NCBI GenBank assembly: GCA_964623635.1 | Contig: CAZUUA010000006.1 | Location: 14,386-78,385 of the forward strand | Reading direction: 5' to 3' | Source of the DNA: an uncultured Ruminococcus sp. | Lineage (GTDB): Bacteria > Bacillota > Clostridia > Oscillospirales > CAG-272 | DNA length: 64,000 nt | In this document: in pieces, positions 8,995-18,526 of the stretch | Position numbering within the stretch: position 1 is the first letter of the stretch | Layout of the letters: every line of letters begins with the position of its first letter | Notes under the pieces: generated by a model | What the model was told of the DNA's origin: nothing | Seen by the model: only the letters and a program-made list of their open reading frames with translations | Database searches by the model: none | Position numbers and translations under genes: made by a program

Positions 8995-10092
8995 TTGTAT
9001 GTACCTGTTTCGGAGGTCGTGACCTATACGCTGTTCCCCACCCAGCCGCAGCGGCGTGAGGAGCTCACGATCTGTAATGTGCTGTTTTGTCTGTTGGTCA
9101 TGTGGATCCATATACTGTCGGAAGCTGTGGACGGCTACGACCGGAGCAGTGTGCTGTATTTCTTAGCGGTGGGATTGTGGCGACTGTCGTCCTTTGTGGT
9201 GCAGGGATTTTTCTTCCTGGCCGGCACCAAGCTGTTTCTGCACGGCGGCAAGCAGTCTACACTGACCTTTACCAAAAAGCGGCTGTGGCGTGTGGTGTTG
9301 CCCTATGTGGTGGTCTTCTGCCTGTTTGCTGTGTATCTGACGTTGACCGGTGCTGTTTCGCTGACACCAGGCACCTTCGTGAGACAGCTTTTTACCGGCA
9401 AGCTGTGCGGACATTTTTACTACGTGATCCTGATGGTGCAGTTCGATCTGCTCAGACCCCTGTGGAAACGGATCGTGCAAAAGACCGAACCGATCTTAGG
9501 CTGTATCACGGCATTGCTGCTCATGATCCTGTGCAAGATCTATCTGCCCGGCGTGATCACCATGCTGACCGGTGAGCCCTTCGAAGATAACGGTCTGCTC
9601 TTTACCAGCTACCTGTTCTATTATGTGGCCGGTGTGTACTGCGGCAGAAGCTATGACCGGTTCCGTGGTGCTCTGGATCGCTATCGTACCTCCATCGTTA
9701 CGACCTGGTGCTTGCTGGGTGTGCTCAACTGGGTGTTCATGTGGACCAGCAGTACCGGCCGATACTTTGCGCCGTGGCTGGAGGTGTTCCACATTCTGTA
9801 CTGCCTGTACGCCATTTTGGGCTGCCTGAGTTTGGCATATCTGTGGCGTGAGAAACCGCTGTTCCGGAAAAAATGGTTCCGGTGCTGGGATCGATATTCC
9901 TACCAGATCTACCTATTGCATCCGCTGCTGCTGTTTTTCTGCGGCGACCTCTGTGGCGTCCTGGGGATCACATCCATCAGTCTGCGGCTGGGGATCCGAT
10001 GTGCGGCGGTAGCGGCGGCACTGTGCATCCTTGGCAAGCTGCCGGGCAAACTGCCGAGCAAACTGCCCACATTGCCTAAGCGTACCAAATGA
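8995..10092 (+). CDS. Acyltransferase family 3 (membrane O-acyltransferase)
   Basis: TTG start 9 nt after GGAGG. 365 aa with about 10 hydrophobic segments. The N-terminal R-x-E-x...VMWIHIL pattern is typical of Acyl_transf_3. The C-terminus is a GKLP-GKLP-SKLP repeat. Confidence 0.65.
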   Translation: MYVPVSEVVTYTLFPTQPQRREELTICNVLFCLLVMWIHILSEAVDGYDRSSVLYFLAVGLWRLSSFVVQGFFFLAGTKLFLHGGKQSTLTFTKKRLWRVVLPYVVVFCLFAVYLTLTGAVSLTPGTFVRQLFTGKLCGHFYYVILMVQFDLLRPLWKRIVQKTEPILGCITALLLMILCKIYLPGVITMLTGEPFEDNGLLFTSYLFYYVAGVYCGRSYDRFRGALDRYRTSIVTTWCLLGVLNWVFMWTSSTGRYFAPWLEVFHILYCLYAILGCLSLAYLWREKPLFRKKWFRCWDRYSYQIYLLHPLLLFFCGDLCGVLGITSISLRLGIRCAAVAAALCILGKLPGKLPSKLPTLPKRTK

Positions 10093-10101
10093 ACATAAAA
10101 G

Positions 10102-10138
10102 AAAAAGATAGGACTTTGCTTTTCGTCCTATCTTTTTT
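10102..10138. terminator. Bidirectional intrinsic terminator between convergent genes
   Basis: Perfect AGATAGGAC/GTCCTATCT stem flanked by an A5 and a T6 tract. Confidence 0.75.
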
Positions 10139-10181
10139 CTTTTACGGTACCGTTAGAATGGTACGGTGGCGCCTTTACGTA

Positions 10182-12197
10182 TTATTTCACCTTGATCCCA
10201 CAGACGATACCGTAGTACACCTCGGAGGTGATCTTGTAAACGATGGCGTAGAGCAGCCCGAACAGCAGGAAGCAGACCAACGTCACGCCGATGTTCAGCC
10301 AAAGATTCGTGAAGGCAAACAGCTCCAGGATCTTGGAGAGAAAGGGAAAGGCAAATGCCAGATGGATCCCGGCCATCACCAGCGGCATATAGAAGACTGT
10401 CAGCATCTGGGAATGGATGCTCTCCCGAATGTCCAGCGGCGTCATACCCACCATTTGCAGGATGCCAAACCGCTTTTGGTCCTCGTAGCCTTCGGAAAGC
10501 TGCTTGTAGTAAATGATGGACACAGCCGCCAACAGAAACACCACGCTGAGCATGATCCCCAAAAAGAACAGGCTACTGTACATCTGATAGAACTCAACTC
10601 GATTCTCCTGTCGGCTGTGGACATAATAGTATTCCCAAGAATGTTTATCGTTCGTGTGGTCCAGGATCACGTCTATCACAGCATCACGTACGGCGCTCTC
10701 GTTGGCGTCCTTGTCACAGTCGAAGCCAAGCAGCCATTCGTAGGTCAGCATGAGATGGCCGGCGCTGTTTTGTATATCCTGCAAGGGAGCGGCAAAATCC
10801 TGCAGTTCCGGCACCACCAGGTACAGGCTGGGCATGGTCATGGCAAGTGCATCGCCATCTTCCCGAAAGGCCGTCAGTCGCTCCTTCACCGTATAGGTGT
10901 TGCCGAATTCGACCGCAAAGCTGTCCCATCGGGTCGCCAGCCGTTCGCAGTAAAGGAAGCATTCGTCGTCCGATAAGGTCTTATTTTCTCCCATCATGGC
11001 ATTGTAGTCGGCCAGCGAGGTCACGTACAGGCAGCCTACCTTGTCGTAATCCACATAGTCCGCATGGGTGTAGTCCAGTGTGATCCCGTCTTCCGTGAAC
11101 TGCCCGGCGGTGTAGGCATACCGTGTGCCGGTCAGATCCGTCCCGGACGGTGCATAGGCAGTTATGTCATCACGCAGCATATCTAAGTATTCGTCGGAAA
11201 TGCCGTCTATCGTGTGAAAGTCGATCTTTACGTTGATGCCATAGGGGTACCGGTTCCGGAGCGACTCTTCTTCGCCGAAATACAGCGTGGTCGTGGAGGA
11301 CAGCATCACCAGCACCATGGTGAGCAGGATGCAAATGGAGGCCAGTCCCGCACCGTTCCGCTTCATCCGATATACCATAGAGGAAACGGACACAAAATGC
11401 TTGGGCTGGTAATAGTACGACTTGTTCTTTTGCAGCAGCCGACAAAATGCCACCGAGCCGGCGATGAATACCAGATAGGTCCCTATGATCACCAGTAGCA
11501 CAGCCACAAAGAAGTAGGCCAGTGCGGTGACCGGTTCCTTGATGGAGACCGCCATATAGTACGCCATGGCCAGCAGTACCACGCCTACCAGCCCATACAG
11601 CCAATTGCACCGTGGAATCCGTTCACCCACAGCGCCGCTCTGCATCAGCGCAAGAGGTTTGGAAAAGCGCACCTTCAAAAGAGAATGCAGGCATAGCAGC
11701 AGGGAAATGCCGCCGTAGACCAACAATGTCTGCAGCAGAGAAGAAGTACTGATCCGCAGGGTGAAGTCCACAGCAGCGTGCATCAGATTGACCAGCAGCA
11801 GCTCGGCAGCCTTGGAAAACGCCACACCGCAGACAAGCCCGATCCCCAGGGTGAACAGCGCCACGAATATCGTCTCCCAAATGATCAGCAGACTGAGGTT
11901 GTTTTTGTCCATGCCCAGCACATTGTACAGCCCGAATTCCCGATACCGCTGCTTGATCAGAAAGGCGTTGGTGTAGAAGAGAAAGAGCAGCGAAAATACC
12001 GCAATGACAACACAGCCCAGCTGCAGCAGGCCTGCCAGCGTACTGCCACCTGCCATCTCGGCCAGCAGAGGACTGACACTGAGAAAGCACAGGATGTAAT
12101 ACATCATCACCATGAGAGCACCGGTCAGGATATAGGGAATGTACAGCCGTTTGTTTTTGCGGATGCTTTCCCATGCCAGATGTGGATAGGTCTTCAT
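10182..12197 (-). CDS. BceB-type ABC permease (FtsX-like, 10 TM with a large extracellular domain)
   Basis: 671 aa. Two FtsX-type TM bundles are separated by a soluble domain of about 200 aa. Its ATG overlaps the upstream ATPase stop (ATGA). Confidence 0.8.
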   Translation of the reverse strand: MKTYPHLAWESIRKNKRLYIPYILTGALMVMMYYILCFLSVSPLLAEMAGGSTLAGLLQLGCVVIAVFSLLFLFYTNAFLIKQRYREFGLYNVLGMDKNNLSLLIIWETIFVALFTLGIGLVCGVAFSKAAELLLVNLMHAAVDFTLRISTSSLLQTLLVYGGISLLLCLHSLLKVRFSKPLALMQSGAVGERIPRCNWLYGLVGVVLLAMAYYMAVSIKEPVTALAYFFVAVLLVIIGTYLVFIAGSVAFCRLLQKNKSYYYQPKHFVSVSSMVYRMKRNGAGLASICILLTMVLVMLSSTTTLYFGEEESLRNRYPYGINVKIDFHTIDGISDEYLDMLRDDITAYAPSGTDLTGTRYAYTAGQFTEDGITLDYTHADYVDYDKVGCLYVTSLADYNAMMGENKTLSDDECFLYCERLATRWDSFAVEFGNTYTVKERLTAFREDGDALAMTMPSLYLVVPELQDFAAPLQDIQNSAGHLMLTYEWLLGFDCDKDANESAVRDAVIDVILDHTNDKHSWEYYYVHSRQENRVEFYQMYSSLFFLGIMLSVVFLLAAVSIIYYKQLSEGYEDQKRFGILQMVGMTPLDIRESIHSQMLTVFYMPLVMAGIHLAFAFPFLSKILELFAFTNLWLNIGVTLVCFLLFGLLYAIVYKITSEVYYGIVCGIKVK

Positions 12198-12973
12198 GGC
12201 TGTGCTCCTTCCTCACCGTCCCGTGCCGCCGTCAGCATGGTCAGGGTGTCCATGATCTGCTGGTACAGTGCCATCTGGGTCCGGTCCCCTCGATAGAGCT
12301 GATGGAATACTTGTCCGTCCTTGATAAACAGTACCCGGTTGGCGTGGCTGGCGGCTTTCACGGAGTGGGTCACCATCAGAATGGTCTGCCCACCATCGTT
12401 GACCTTGCCGAACAGCCTCAGCAGCTCATCGGTGGCATGAGAGTCCAGAGCACCGGTAGGCTCGTCGGCCAACAACAGCTTAGGTCCTGTGATCAGCGCA
12501 CGAGCTACGGCCACACGCTGCTTTTGACCGCCGGAGATCTCATAGGGATACTTTCGTAGCAGCGCCGTGATGCCAAGCTCCTCTGCCAGTAGTGTCAGTC
12601 GTTCCCGCATTTCCGGGTGTTTTTTGCCGGACAACACCAGCGGCAGAATAATATTGTCCTCCACCGAAAAGGTGTCCAGCAGATTGAATTCCTGGAACAC
12701 AAAGCCTAAGTTGTCTCTGCGAAATGCCGCTGCCTGGGATTCCTTGATGTCCGCAAGGTCCATGCTGTCCAGGATCACGGAACCGGCGGTGGGCGTGTCT
12801 AGTGCTGCCAAAATGTTCAGCAGTGTGGTTTTCCCGGAGCCGGATTCGCCCATGATCGCCACGTATTCTCCTTTCTCCACGGTGAAGGAAACGTTTTTCA
12901 GTGCCTCGACTCGGTTGCCGCCGAACCGTGTCGTATAGATTTTTTGTACATCGTTGACCTGTAAGATCTGCAT
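12194..12973 (-). CDS. BceA-type ABC ATP-binding protein
   Basis: The start is taken at the internal ATG 12973 (MQILQVNDVQKIY...). Walker A GESGSGKTT, signature LSGGQKQR, Walker B LLLADEPTGALD. Confidence 0.85.
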   Translation of the reverse strand: MQILQVNDVQKIYTTRFGGNRVEALKNVSFTVEKGEYVAIMGESGSGKTTLLNILAALDTPTAGSVILDSMDLADIKESQAAAFRRDNLGFVFQEFNLLDTFSVEDNIILPLVLSGKKHPEMRERLTLLAEELGITALLRKYPYEISGGQKQRVAVARALITGPKLLLADEPTGALDSHATDELLRLFGKVNDGGQTILMVTHSVKAASHANRVLFIKDGQVFHQLYRGDRTQMALYQQIMDTLTMLTAARDGEEGAQP

Positions 12974-13044
12974 CGTCACATCGTCCTTTCGTTTGTGTGT
13001 GCCTATAGTGTACCAGAAACGTCCACCATTTGCCATAGGATCGC

Positions 13045-13071
13045 CTTACAGAAAACGAACAAAAATGTAAG
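13045..13071 (-). promoter_or_regulatory. Inverted repeat CTTACA-N15-TGTAAG upstream of the BceAB-like genes (candidate response-regulator operator)
   Basis: This is the only clear inverted repeat in the 143-nt gap between the kinase stop and the ATPase start. It lies upstream of a TACACT -10-like hexamer. Assigning it to the adjacent OmpR-type regulator is an inference. Confidence 0.35.
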
Positions 13072-13116
13072 ATTTCCACGGGGCACGGATGAGAAAGCTG
13101 TATTCGGCATGAACCA

Positions 13117-14124
13117 TCAGCTTCTGTCCTTCTGTGTCAGGTCGATGGTGATGCAGGTGCCTTTGTCCACGACAGATGTAGCAGAGATGCTGTGTCCCAG
13201 ATTCTGGCAGATGCGGCGGCAGAGGTACAGACCAAGCCCGGTAGCCCGTTCGTTTTGTCGACCGATCTTGCCGGTGAAGCCGGGTTCGAAGATCCGTGGC
13301 AGATCCTCCGATGCTATGCCAATGCCGGTGTCACGGATGCACAGCAGCTTGCGGCCACCGCTTTGGTCAAGCCAAATGGTGATGGTGCCGTCTGGCGTGT
13401 ATTTCAGAGCATTGGTCAGCACCTGTTCGATCACAAAGCCCAGCCATTTGGCATCCGTCACCACCGTGGGGGAAAGAGGCGTATATTCCAGCCGCAGCTT
13501 CCGCAAAATAAACTCCTGGGACAGCCGCCGTACCGCACCTTTGACGATGGTGTCTAGCTCCTGTTCTCGGAACACATAGTCTGTGCTGTCCCCGGTGAGC
13601 CGCAGATAGGTAAGTACCATGTCCACATATTGCTCCACATGGCAAAGATCGATGGCAAGCTGCCGCGACAGTGGCGTATCCTCGTTCTGTTGCTGCAGCT
13701 GTGTCAAATGCAGACGCATGGAGGTGGTGGGTGTTTTGATCTGGTGGACCCAGGTGGTGTAATAATCTACCAACTCGTCCCGGCGCTTTTCCGTCTGCTG
13801 CAGCCAGCTGTCATGCTCTACGCAAAACCGATGCAGCAGTTCCCGATAGTCCTCCTCGATCACCGTTTGGGGTACGGGAAAATGAGCAGCCTTTTCGTCG
13901 GTGATCGTCTGGATGCGACCGAGTGCTTGGTGAATCTGTTTGGTGCGCAGAAAATCTACGACCAAAAACACCATACCCAACAGCGCACACAGCAGCACCG
14001 GATACAGTACCGCCAGCATGGGCAGATGATATAGCCGGAAGCTTGCAACAAAGATACCGCTGCACACCGCAAGGAGCACCAGCGTGCGGCGATGAAACCG
14101 GAGATACTGCCAAAAAAACGTCAT
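13117..14124 (-). CDS. BceS-like intramembrane-sensing histidine kinase
   Basis: The start is taken at ATG 14124 (MTFFWQYL...), adjacent to the regulator stop. Two N-terminal TM helices have almost no extracellular loop. H-box VHQIKTPTT, then an HATPase domain (RDTGIGI...GLGLYLC). Confidence 0.8.
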   Translation of the reverse strand: MTFFWQYLRFHRRTLVLLAVCSGIFVASFRLYHLPMLAVLYPVLLCALLGMVFLVVDFLRTKQIHQALGRIQTITDEKAAHFPVPQTVIEEDYRELLHRFCVEHDSWLQQTEKRRDELVDYYTTWVHQIKTPTTSMRLHLTQLQQQNEDTPLSRQLAIDLCHVEQYVDMVLTYLRLTGDSTDYVFREQELDTIVKGAVRRLSQEFILRKLRLEYTPLSPTVVTDAKWLGFVIEQVLTNALKYTPDGTITIWLDQSGGRKLLCIRDTGIGIASEDLPRIFEPGFTGKIGRQNERATGLGLYLCRRICQNLGHSISATSVVDKGTCITIDLTQKDRS

Positions 14125-14125
14125 G

Positions 14126-14800
14126 TCATTCTGCCTCCACAAAGTAGCCTGCGCCAAACTTGGTCCGGATGACGTCGTGCAGTCCGATGGCGTCCAGGCG
14201 TTTGCGCAGTCGGTTCACATTGACCGTCAAGGTGTTTTCGTCTACAAAGCAGTCCGATTCCCACAGAGCTTCCATGAGGGTTTCCCGACTGACCACACGT
14301 CCTTTGTTTTCCAGAAGAATGTGCAGGATGCGGTATTCGTTTTTGGTCAGCTCCAGCTTTTCGCCTTGGTAACAAAGGCTCGCATCGTCCTGCAAAAGGG
14401 CACCACGGCAGGTCAGTGTGGGTGCGGCGGCAAAGTCGTAGCTGCGTCGGAGCATGGCTTGAAGCTTCGCCATGAGCACACCGGCATCAAAGGGCTTGGC
14501 AATGAAATCGTCCGCACCCATGTTCATGGCCATGACCATATTCATGTTGTCTGCCGCCGAGGAGAGAAATACGATGGGCACCTTGGACACCCGGCGGATC
14601 TCCTGGCACCAGTGGTACCCATTGAAAAAGGGCAGGGAAATGTCCAGCAGTACGAGATGCGGCGCATATTCCTGAAACTCGGACAGCACATTCCGGAAGT
14701 TTTTGGCACAGCGCACCGCCATCTCCCAGCTCTCCGCCAAAGCACGTATCCCCTCGGCAATGCCCATATCGTCTTCGACAACAAACAGTTTATATTTCAT
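14126..14800 (-). CDS. OmpR-family response regulator (BceR-like)
   Basis: The start is taken at ATG 14800 (MKYKLFVVEDDMGIAEG), 5 nt after GGAGG. Receiver domain with DISLP. C-terminal winged helix (...LTVNVNRLRKRL...IRTKFGAGY). Confidence 0.85.
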   Translation of the reverse strand: MKYKLFVVEDDMGIAEGIRALAESWEMAVRCAKNFRNVLSEFQEYAPHLVLLDISLPFFNGYHWCQEIRRVSKVPIVFLSSAADNMNMVMAMNMGADDFIAKPFDAGVLMAKLQAMLRRSYDFAAAPTLTCRGALLQDDASLCYQGEKLELTKNEYRILHILLENKGRVVSRETLMEALWESDCFVDENTLTVNVNRLRKRLDAIGLHDVIRTKFGAGYFVEAE

Positions 14801-14852
14801 AATTCCTCCGATTCCCGGCAGACCTGTGTTTTCTCTGTATCCTATCAGCCTT

Positions 14853-14881
14853 ATTATAGCATTTTTCATTTTCGGACGCAA
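14853..14881 (-). promoter_or_regulatory. sigmaA-type promoter of the two-component genes
   Basis: On the minus strand: TTGCGT, a 17-nt spacer, then TATAAT. Confidence 0.5.
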
Positions 14882-15002
14882 GAGGAATGCGAAGAAAAAC
14901 CGGGCGAAATAGGCAGTGTCCGGTGGCAGCGCAGCATCACCGCAGGACAGAGCACATGGCATTTTTCCTGTATTTTTCTGTAGATCCGCTATCGCATACA
15001 GC

Positions 15003-15043
15003 AGATTTTATGAACATAAGCAAGATTTATGACGACATAAGCA
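15003..15043 (+). repeat. Two abutting 20/21-nt direct repeats, each containing a TTATG-Nn-CATAA palindrome, just upstream of the liv promoter -35
   Basis: AGATTTTATGAACATAAGCA is immediately followed by AGATTTATGACGACATAAGCA. The -35 hexamer starts 9 nt downstream. Confidence 0.6.
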
Positions 15044-15051
15044 GAAGTTTC

Positions 15052-15080
15052 TTGACTTATTGCGTGGAAGCGTGTATAGT
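15052..15080 (+). promoter_or_regulatory. sigmaA-type promoter of the liv operon
   Basis: TTGACT, a 17-nt spacer, then TATAGT with an upstream TG (extended -10). Confidence 0.55.
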
Positions 15081-15193
15081 ATGGATATAAGTTTTTTGGA
15101 AGCTCGTTTTGTTGCGGTTTGTCTTTGTTGTTTTTTGCGCAGTACAAGGGCTGTTTTCCGGAGACTTGAATTCTTTTACAGAAGGTGACTGTT

Positions 15194-16381
15194 ATGAAAA
15201 AATTTGTTTCTGCTGCATTGGCTGCTGTGATGAGCCTGTCCTGTGCTCTGGCCTTTACCGGCTGCGGTTCTACGGCCAGCGCAGATAAACTGTCCATTGG
15301 CGGTATCGGTCCCACCACGGGAGATGCAGCCATTTATGGGAATGCTGTGAAATATGGTGCTGAGATTGCCATCGAGGAGATCAATGCTCTGGGTGGTCTG
15401 CAGCTGGAGCTGAACTTCCAGGACGACGCCAACGATGCTGAGAAGTCTGTGAATGCCTACAACAACCTGAAGGACTGGGGTATGCAGGTGCTGATGGGTA
15501 CCGTTACCTCCACGCCCTGTGCTGTTGTGGCAGCCGAAGCCAACGTTGACCGCATTTTTGCCATCACGCCTTCCGGCTCTTCTACCGATATCATCGGTGG
15601 TTTCCCCGATGCTTCCGGCAATGTGACCGTGGCAAGACGGGACAATATGTTCCAGCTTTGCTTCACCGACCCCAACCAGGGTCTGGCCTCCGCACAGTAC
15701 ATCAGCGAACAGAAGCTGGGTCAAAAGATCGCTGTGATCTACAATAGCTCCGACGTGTACTCCACCGGTATCTACAATACCTTTATGACCAAGGCGGACG
15801 AAATGGGTCTGAATGTGGTCAGCGTGACCAGCTTCACCAACGATACCGCCAACGACTTCAACGTACAGCTCACCGAAGCCAAGAACGCCGGCGCAGACCT
15901 GGTCTTCCTGCCCATCTACTATACGCCTGCCTCTTTGATCCTGTCTCAGGCAGACGCCATGGGTTACGCTCCCGCATTCTTTGGCGTGGACGGTATGGAC
16001 GGTATCCTGACCGTGGATGGCTTTGATACCAGCCTGGCAGAAGGCGTGATGCTGCTGACTCCCTTCGTGGCCGATGCAGAGGACGCACGTACCCAGAGCT
16101 TTGTTGCCAAGTACAAGGAAAAGCACGGCGAGGTTCCGAACCAGTTTGCCGCAGATGCCTATGACGCCATCTACACCATTTACGAAGCAGCTACCACGGC
16201 CGGTGTGACCACCGATATGGATGCTGCCACCATTTGCGATAAGCTCATCGCCACCATCACCGATCCTTCCTTTACGGTAGACGGCCTGACCGGTTCCGGT
16301 ATGACCTGGTCCACCACCGGTGAAGTTTCCAAGGCACCGAAGGGTATGATCATCCAGGATGGCGTATACGTGGGTATGTAA
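15194..16381 (+). CDS. Branched-chain amino-acid ABC transporter substrate-binding lipoprotein (LivJ/K family)
   Basis: The start is taken at ATG 15194 (MKKFVSAAL...). Lipobox FTGC. Periplasmic binding protein type I pattern (GGIGPTTGDAAIYG...). It is followed by livHMGF. Confidence 0.8.
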   Translation: MKKFVSAALAAVMSLSCALAFTGCGSTASADKLSIGGIGPTTGDAAIYGNAVKYGAEIAIEEINALGGLQLELNFQDDANDAEKSVNAYNNLKDWGMQVLMGTVTSTPCAVVAAEANVDRIFAITPSGSSTDIIGGFPDASGNVTVARRDNMFQLCFTDPNQGLASAQYISEQKLGQKIAVIYNSSDVYSTGIYNTFMTKADEMGLNVVSVTSFTNDTANDFNVQLTEAKNAGADLVFLPIYYTPASLILSQADAMGYAPAFFGVDGMDGILTVDGFDTSLAEGVMLLTPFVADAEDARTQSFVAKYKEKHGEVPNQFAADAYDAIYTIYEAATTAGVTTDMDAATICDKLIATITDPSFTVDGLTGSGMTWSTTGEVSKAPKGMIIQDGVYVGM

Positions 16382-16517
16382 GATACCACTTCTTGCCACA
16401 CAAAAAATTGCTGTTGGGTGCGAGCTACACGGTTCGTACCCAACTTTTGGTGAAAAACGGTTTCCGGTATTTTAGCCAATATTCCCAAAAAGACCAGAAC
16501 AGGAGGGTTACGATTCC

Positions 16518-17399
16518 GTGACATTTCTCAATTATCTCGTAAACGGTATCAGCCTGGGCAGTGTATATGCCATCATTGCACTGGGCTACACCATGGTCTA
16601 CGGCATTGCCAAGATGCTGAACTTCGCCCATGGAGACGTGATCATGGTGGGTGCATACATTTCCTTTATTGTCACCAACAAGCTTGGACTGCCGGCATGG
16701 CTCTCTGTTGTATGTGCGGTCGTCGTCTGTACCGTTCTTGGTATCGTGATCGAACGGCTGGCGTACAAGCCACTGCGCTCTGCACCATCTCTGGCGGTAT
16801 TGATCACAGCCATCGGTGTCAGCTATTTTCTCCAGAACAGTGCGCTGCTGATCTGGGGCAGTGCGCCGAAATCCTTCAAATCCATTGTGTCCTTTGACTC
16901 CATCAAGCTCTTCGACGGACAGCTTGTCATTACCGCAGAAGCCATCGTGACCATCGTGGCCTGCATCATCATCATGGTGGCGCTGACTTTGTTCACCAGC
17001 CGTACCAAAATGGGGAAAGCCATGCGTGCCGTTTCCGAGGATAAGGGTGCCGCACAGCTCATGGGTATCAACGTGAACACTACTATCTCCACCACCTTTG
17101 CCATCGGTTCCGCACTGGCTGCCATTGCCGGTGTGCTGCTGTGCTCCTCCTACACTACGCTGCTGCCTACCACCGGTTCCATGCCCGGTATCAAGGCCTT
17201 CACCGCAGCCGTGTTTGGTGGGATCGGTTCCATTCCCGGTGCCATGATCGGCGGTCTGCTGCTGGGCATCATCGAGATCTTCTCCAGTGCCTATATCTCT
17301 ACCCAGCTTGCCAACGCCATTGTCTTTGCCGTGCTGATCGTGGTGCTGCTGGTGAAGCCGACAGGTCTGCTGGGCAAAAAGATCAACGAGAAAGTATAA
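16518..17399 (+). CDS. livH: Branched-chain amino-acid ABC permease LivH
   Basis: GTG start after AGGAGGG. The N-terminus NGISLGSVYAIIALGYTMVYG is the canonical LivH signature. 293 aa. Confidence 0.85.
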   Translation: MTFLNYLVNGISLGSVYAIIALGYTMVYGIAKMLNFAHGDVIMVGAYISFIVTNKLGLPAWLSVVCAVVVCTVLGIVIERLAYKPLRSAPSLAVLITAIGVSYFLQNSALLIWGSAPKSFKSIVSFDSIKLFDGQLVITAEAIVTIVACIIIMVALTLFTSRTKMGKAMRAVSEDKGAAQLMGINVNTTISTTFAIGSALAAIAGVLLCSSYTTLLPTTGSMPGIKAFTAAVFGGIGSIPGAMIGGLLLGIIEIFSSAYISTQLANAIVFAVLIVVLLVKPTGLLGKKINEKV

Positions 17400-17416
17400 G
17401 AAAGGAGAAGGAACCC

Positions 17417-18526
17417 ATGGAAAAAAACAAAAGCAAGCGGCTCTCTCTGCATCCCCAGACCAAAAGCGATTTCCTCACCTATGGCATCGTCATAGTGGCC
17501 TTTGTCGTGATCCAGACCCTGGGCGCGCTGGGACTGCTGAAAAGCTCCTTCTCCGGTCTGCTGGTGCCCATCTGTGCCTACGTGGTCATGGCGGTATCCT
17601 TGAACCTGACCGTTGGTATCCTTGGTGAGCTGAGCCTGGGGCACGCCGGATTCATGAGCATCGGTGCTTTCTCCGGTGTGGTGGCAGCAGCGACCATGGA
17701 ATCGACCGTCACCAATCCCATCGTGCGTCTGGTGCTGTCCATGCTCATCGGCGGCATCATCGCCGGGATCGCAGGCTTTATCATCGGTATCCCCGTATTG
17801 CGGCTTCAGGGTGACTATCTGGCTATCGTGACGCTGGCCTTCGGGGAGATCATCAAAAACATCATAAACTGCATTTACGTAGGCCTGGACGACTGTGGTC
17901 TGCACTTTGCCATGTCCGGCCTGGGAGACGTACAGGGCGCTGAGGCACTCAATCTGAACGGCGGTAAGGTCATCATCAATGGTCCCGTTGGCGCCGTGGG
18001 TGTGCAGAAGCTGTCCACCTTTGCGGTAGGCTTCGTGCTGGTGATGCTGACCCTGATCGTGGTACAGAACATCAAGCGCAGCCGGACCGGTCGTGCCATC
18101 ATGGCCGTGCGGGACAACCGGATCGCCGCTGAATCCGTAGGCATCAGCATCACCAAATACAAAATGACCGCCTTTATCATTTCTGCCGTGCTGGCCGGTA
18201 TGGCCGGTGTGCTGTTCGCCATGAACTACACCTCCCTCATTGCCGGGAAGTTCAATATCGACACGTCCATTTTGGTGCTGGTATTTGTGGTGCTGGGCGG
18301 TATGGGTAACATTCGTGGTACCATTATCGCCACCATCATTCTGTATGTGCTGCCGGAGGCGCTGCGTCCCATCCAGGATTACCGGATGCTGGTGTATGCC
18401 GTGGTCATGATCGCCGTCATGCTCTTCACCAACAGCGAAGGCGCCAAGCAGTTCCGGGAAAGACTGGCTGCCAAATGGTCTGAGAAGCGCAAGAAAGCAA
18501 CGGAAAAAGGAGGAGACGCCGCATGA
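17417..18526 (+). CDS. livM: Branched-chain amino-acid ABC permease LivM
   Basis: The start is taken at ATG 17417 (MEKNKSKRL...) after AAAGGAGAAGGA. The upstream part of the long ORF overlaps livH in another frame. LNLTVGILGELSLGHAGFMSIGA is the LivM signature. Confidence 0.85.
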   Translation: MEKNKSKRLSLHPQTKSDFLTYGIVIVAFVVIQTLGALGLLKSSFSGLLVPICAYVVMAVSLNLTVGILGELSLGHAGFMSIGAFSGVVAAATMESTVTNPIVRLVLSMLIGGIIAGIAGFIIGIPVLRLQGDYLAIVTLAFGEIIKNIINCIYVGLDDCGLHFAMSGLGDVQGAEALNLNGGKVIINGPVGAVGVQKLSTFAVGFVLVMLTLIVVQNIKRSRTGRAIMAVRDNRIAAESVGISITKYKMTAFIISAVLAGMAGVLFAMNYTSLIAGKFNIDTSILVLVFVVLGGMGNIRGTIIATIILYVLPEALRPIQDYRMLVYAVVMIAVMLFTNSEGAKQFRERLAAKWSEKRKKATEKGGDAA

